A DNA stretch of 64,000 nucleotides from the NCBI GenBank assembly GCA_964612665.1, contig CAZTCI010000006.1, forward strand, positions 77,750 to 141,749. Reading direction: 5' to 3'. The notes beneath the pieces are model-generated. The model was given only the letters and a program-made list of their open reading frames with translations, was not told the DNA's origin and searched no databases. Positions 62,801 through 64,000 of the stretch are shown here, piece by piece. Within the stretch, counting starts at the first letter, position 1. The number at the start of each line of letters is the position of its first letter. Both the position numbers and the translations under genes were made by a program. Origin of the DNA: an uncultured Planctomycetales bacterium. Its GTDB lineage: Bacteria > Omnitrophota > Gorgyraeia > Zapsychrales > JAHFFX01.

Positions 62801-64000
62801 TCCGGATGCATTGCCAACAGTTGTCCTCCCTGATGTGTTGAAGATACGATATCTAACTGATTGTTATTCTCAAGATCGCCGAGGGCTATAACTCCGCCGC
62901 CTAAAAGATTCATTTTAGGCCAGCCCGGCTTAGCCGTTCCATCGGGCTTTAGTTGATAATAATTTCCGAGGATTCCGTAATTTGGAGTAACAAGAATTTC
63001 ATCTTGCAAGTCTTTATCAATATCGCCGACAGTGAGGTCTGATATCAAATTTTCTATTGTCTTAAACGGCCAGCCGGTCCGTTCGGTGGTTATCACCGAG
63101 CCAAGATCTAAATTATATGTTTGAGAAAATCCTCCGTCAGCGGTGATATTGACCGTTAAGGAAACATCCGTTCCTGGAGTAATTTGCGGGCTGAGCGAAA
63201 ATTCAAAAGAAGTCTGTTTGCTTTGCGATGGACTAAAATCGCCATAAAGTGCTGTCCCTTTTGTAATGGCCACCAATTGAGAAGTCGAACTCAGGGATGT
63301 TTTTATGTTAGTTACCGGTTTTCTGCCATTTAATAATTCTAAATTAAGATAGAAAGATTCCCCGGCTTCTAATTCATGATTTAAATTTCCCGTTTTTTCC
63401 GTCAATGTAAAATTTTTTATGACCACTCTGGGAGGTATGTTGCCAGGCGGATAAGTTTGCGCCATTTGAGCTGCTTTGAATGCATTAATACGTCCATACC
63501 CCGAATGAGTGTCTTTGCCGGGAACATCAACGTCATCCGCAGAAAGTTCAATAATATTTCTAACATCTTCATTGGATAATAGAGGGTTGACGCTGAATAC
63601 TAAAGCTGCCAAACCACTTGCGTGTGGCGCGGCCATGCTGGTTCCATTGAGAATAGAATAAGTATTATTCGGTGTCGTTGAGAGAATTCCAACGCCAGGA
63701 GCAGCGACGGCAACGTTGGATCCAAAATTTGAAAAACTGGCTTTAACGTCATTTTGATCAAAGGCTGAAACTACAAATGATTCCGGTATATTTTGAGGAG
63801 AGTAATTGCTGACATCGGCATTATCGTTACCAGCGGCAAAAACTACCAATGATCCCAAACCATTCGCGTATCGGACGGCGTCTTCGGCCACAGGGTTGCT
63901 TTTACATCCGCCTACACATCCCCAGCTGTTGTTTATAACCAGGGCCCCTTCATTGGCGGCGTAATAAATTCCGGCGGCCAAAGAACTGCTTGTTCCAGCT
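59878..64000 (-). CDS. Giant secreted subtilisin-like (S8) serine protease with FG-GAP/VCBS, cadherin/PKD-like and CARDB-like C-terminal domains; the N-terminus lies beyond the window end
   Basis: The S8 catalytic Ser block 'GTSMAAPHASGLAALV', FG-GAP repeats ('DIDKDLQDE', 'DLDGDGNNE', 'DIDDDGYLE', 'DVNGDGKKD'), PKD-like 'DPDGDPLTYIWNFGDG', and C-terminal tandem CARDB-like modules. The ORF is open to the window edge. Confidence 0.8.
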   Translation of the reverse strand, partial: AGTSSSLAAGIYYAANEGALVINNSWGCVGGCKSNPVAEDAVRYANGLGSLVVFAAGNDNADVSNYSPQNIPESFVVSAFDQNDVKASFSNFGSNVAVAAPGVGILSTTPNNTYSILNGTSMAAPHASGLAALVFSVNPLLSNEDVRNIIELSADDVDVPGKDTHSGYGRINAFKAAQMAQTYPPGNIPPRVVIKNFTLTEKTGNLNHELEAGESFYLNLELLNGRKPVTNIKTSLSSTSQLVAITKGTALYGDFSPSQSKQTSFEFSLSPQITPGTDVSLTVNITADGGFSQTYNLDLGSVITTERTGWPFKTIENLISDLTVGDIDKDLQDEILVTPNYGILGNYYQLKPDGTAKPGWPKMNLLGGGVIALGDLENNNQLDIVSSTHQGGQLLAMHPDGTPLKNWPINIPEGGISSPAIADLNHDGILKTIVPSYKPLYGGPVNPTNPLVDYKLYVFNPDASMPSGWPHVFPTMKYKYTLDKDIDSPSVMANVAVGDLDHNGDLEIVVTTWFSDGILLHVLKYNGEEMAGWPQFIRGIYYTNAPIIADLDGDGNNEIIIGGVFNTDYSGGSIYVFRNDGRLFPGWPVTNASQFNPVIGDIDDDGYLEIVSSYYSQLSVYRYNGQVAAGWPKSLSPSWPSEVRIADVNGDGKKDIIGAVGNSVMAWNFDGSAIAGWPKIAGSAQTIASLSIADIDHNGTTELIADSNNLSGTGEINVWDLNVPYDSNRVDWGTKYFNAQRNNYYNKIRSVKKNQAPIVNPVALQTTTEGQLLSVSLTATDPENQPITFRAENLPPGAVFDPTTKKLTWTPQSGQAGVYRNIRIIASDGQTESAIVPTVVVFSPTENFKFIALAPTMTIVEDTSTVFPVMAVDRQGHNINISIDGGYLPFFAYFVPVASGAGWNSSLFGWSPRYSPAGPAPGQYTVTFKASNGIETKTQSVLITVITKQTVPPIANAGPDQTVNQGDWVILDGSGSTDPNGVWLTYSWAQLGEPVVQLMNASTANPNFIAPQVTATTNLTFVLTVSNGSASATDSVTITVNHINHPPIAKTNLGYLPITLPAIFPFTMGFSGSGSSDPDGDPLTYIWNFGDGSASASGIYVTHTFTKYGIYPVTLTVSDGVLSSTASVQITLTNLPDLLPSVSVSAKTTVPGSNLPTTNSIFNLGVTATGPFVVSFHLSRDIAYGGTDDIPLATTRSISSLNGGAINTDTTSLAIPATTPVGNYYVCAMADSGSVVTEFNEQNNSSCSATTIRVDFPDLVMTSLSGPTSATKGTAISLANTVKNQGGSDAGNFTIRYYLSSDTTITTSDTLLGSRTVSSLAAGAVNTATTTVTIPSTLSAGTYYLGAIADYNNALTESNENNNALTGNTVKVQ

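Noticed and set aside
1-64000. CRISPR arrays, rRNA genes and tRNA genes
   Set aside because: I scanned for regularly spaced direct repeats of 25-40 bp and for rRNA/tRNA hallmarks on both strands and found none. The only iterated short motif is the GCAGTTAAAT cluster (three copies, irregular spacing), which does not have CRISPR architecture.

Overview
The window is AT-rich bacterial DNA, probably from a Gram-negative organism (lipobox lipoproteins, autotransporter, TolC/RND, TonB-independent OMPs), and reads as a mosaic of accessory regions. (1) Positions 1 to about 11.6 kb look like an integrated mobile element. The backbone is on the minus strand: a large serine recombinase (partial), a Zn-ribbon protein, a rolling-circle HUH Rep with all three motifs, two tandem SpoVG paralogs, and a protein carrying a WEFLRRN motif. 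The cargo is on the plus strand: a 1179-aa DUF4011/SF1 Upf1-like helicase/DUF559 protein immediately followed by a 479-aa protein with a C-terminal PD-(D/E)xK nuclease domain. This helicase-nuclease pair is my best candidate for an undescribed defence-type system. After it come a UmuD::SRAP chimeric gene, a CoiA-like nuclease and two secreted proteins. (2) chrBA chromate resistance, a thioredoxin-like protein, DUF2231 membrane proteins and a BrnT/BrnA toxin-antitoxin pair. (3) Large secreted FG-GAP and Ig-like-domain proteins. (4) A copper-type island: His-rich protein, YHS protein, CzcC-like outer-membrane factor, multicopper oxidase, HMA protein. (5) A CusRS-like two-component system, an autotransporter and a lipoprotein hydrolase. 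(6) A fatty-acyl/amino-transfer biosynthetic-looking cluster: FabF, a dedicated ACP, an alpha/beta hydrolase, a HAD phosphatase, a class-III aminotransferase, an arginase-fold protein, a FemAB-like GNAT fused to EamA, and a polysaccharide deacetylase fused to a GT-C-like membrane domain. (7) A TolC-like outer-membrane factor plus an RND pump with no adjacent adaptor, then MscL, a Kir-like K+ channel and a giant S8 protease (partial). Two families of dispersed, hairpin-containing intergenic repeats, an in-frame-stop pseudogene, a homopolymer frameshift and several strong terminators are also present. No CRISPR array, rRNA or tRNA was seen.
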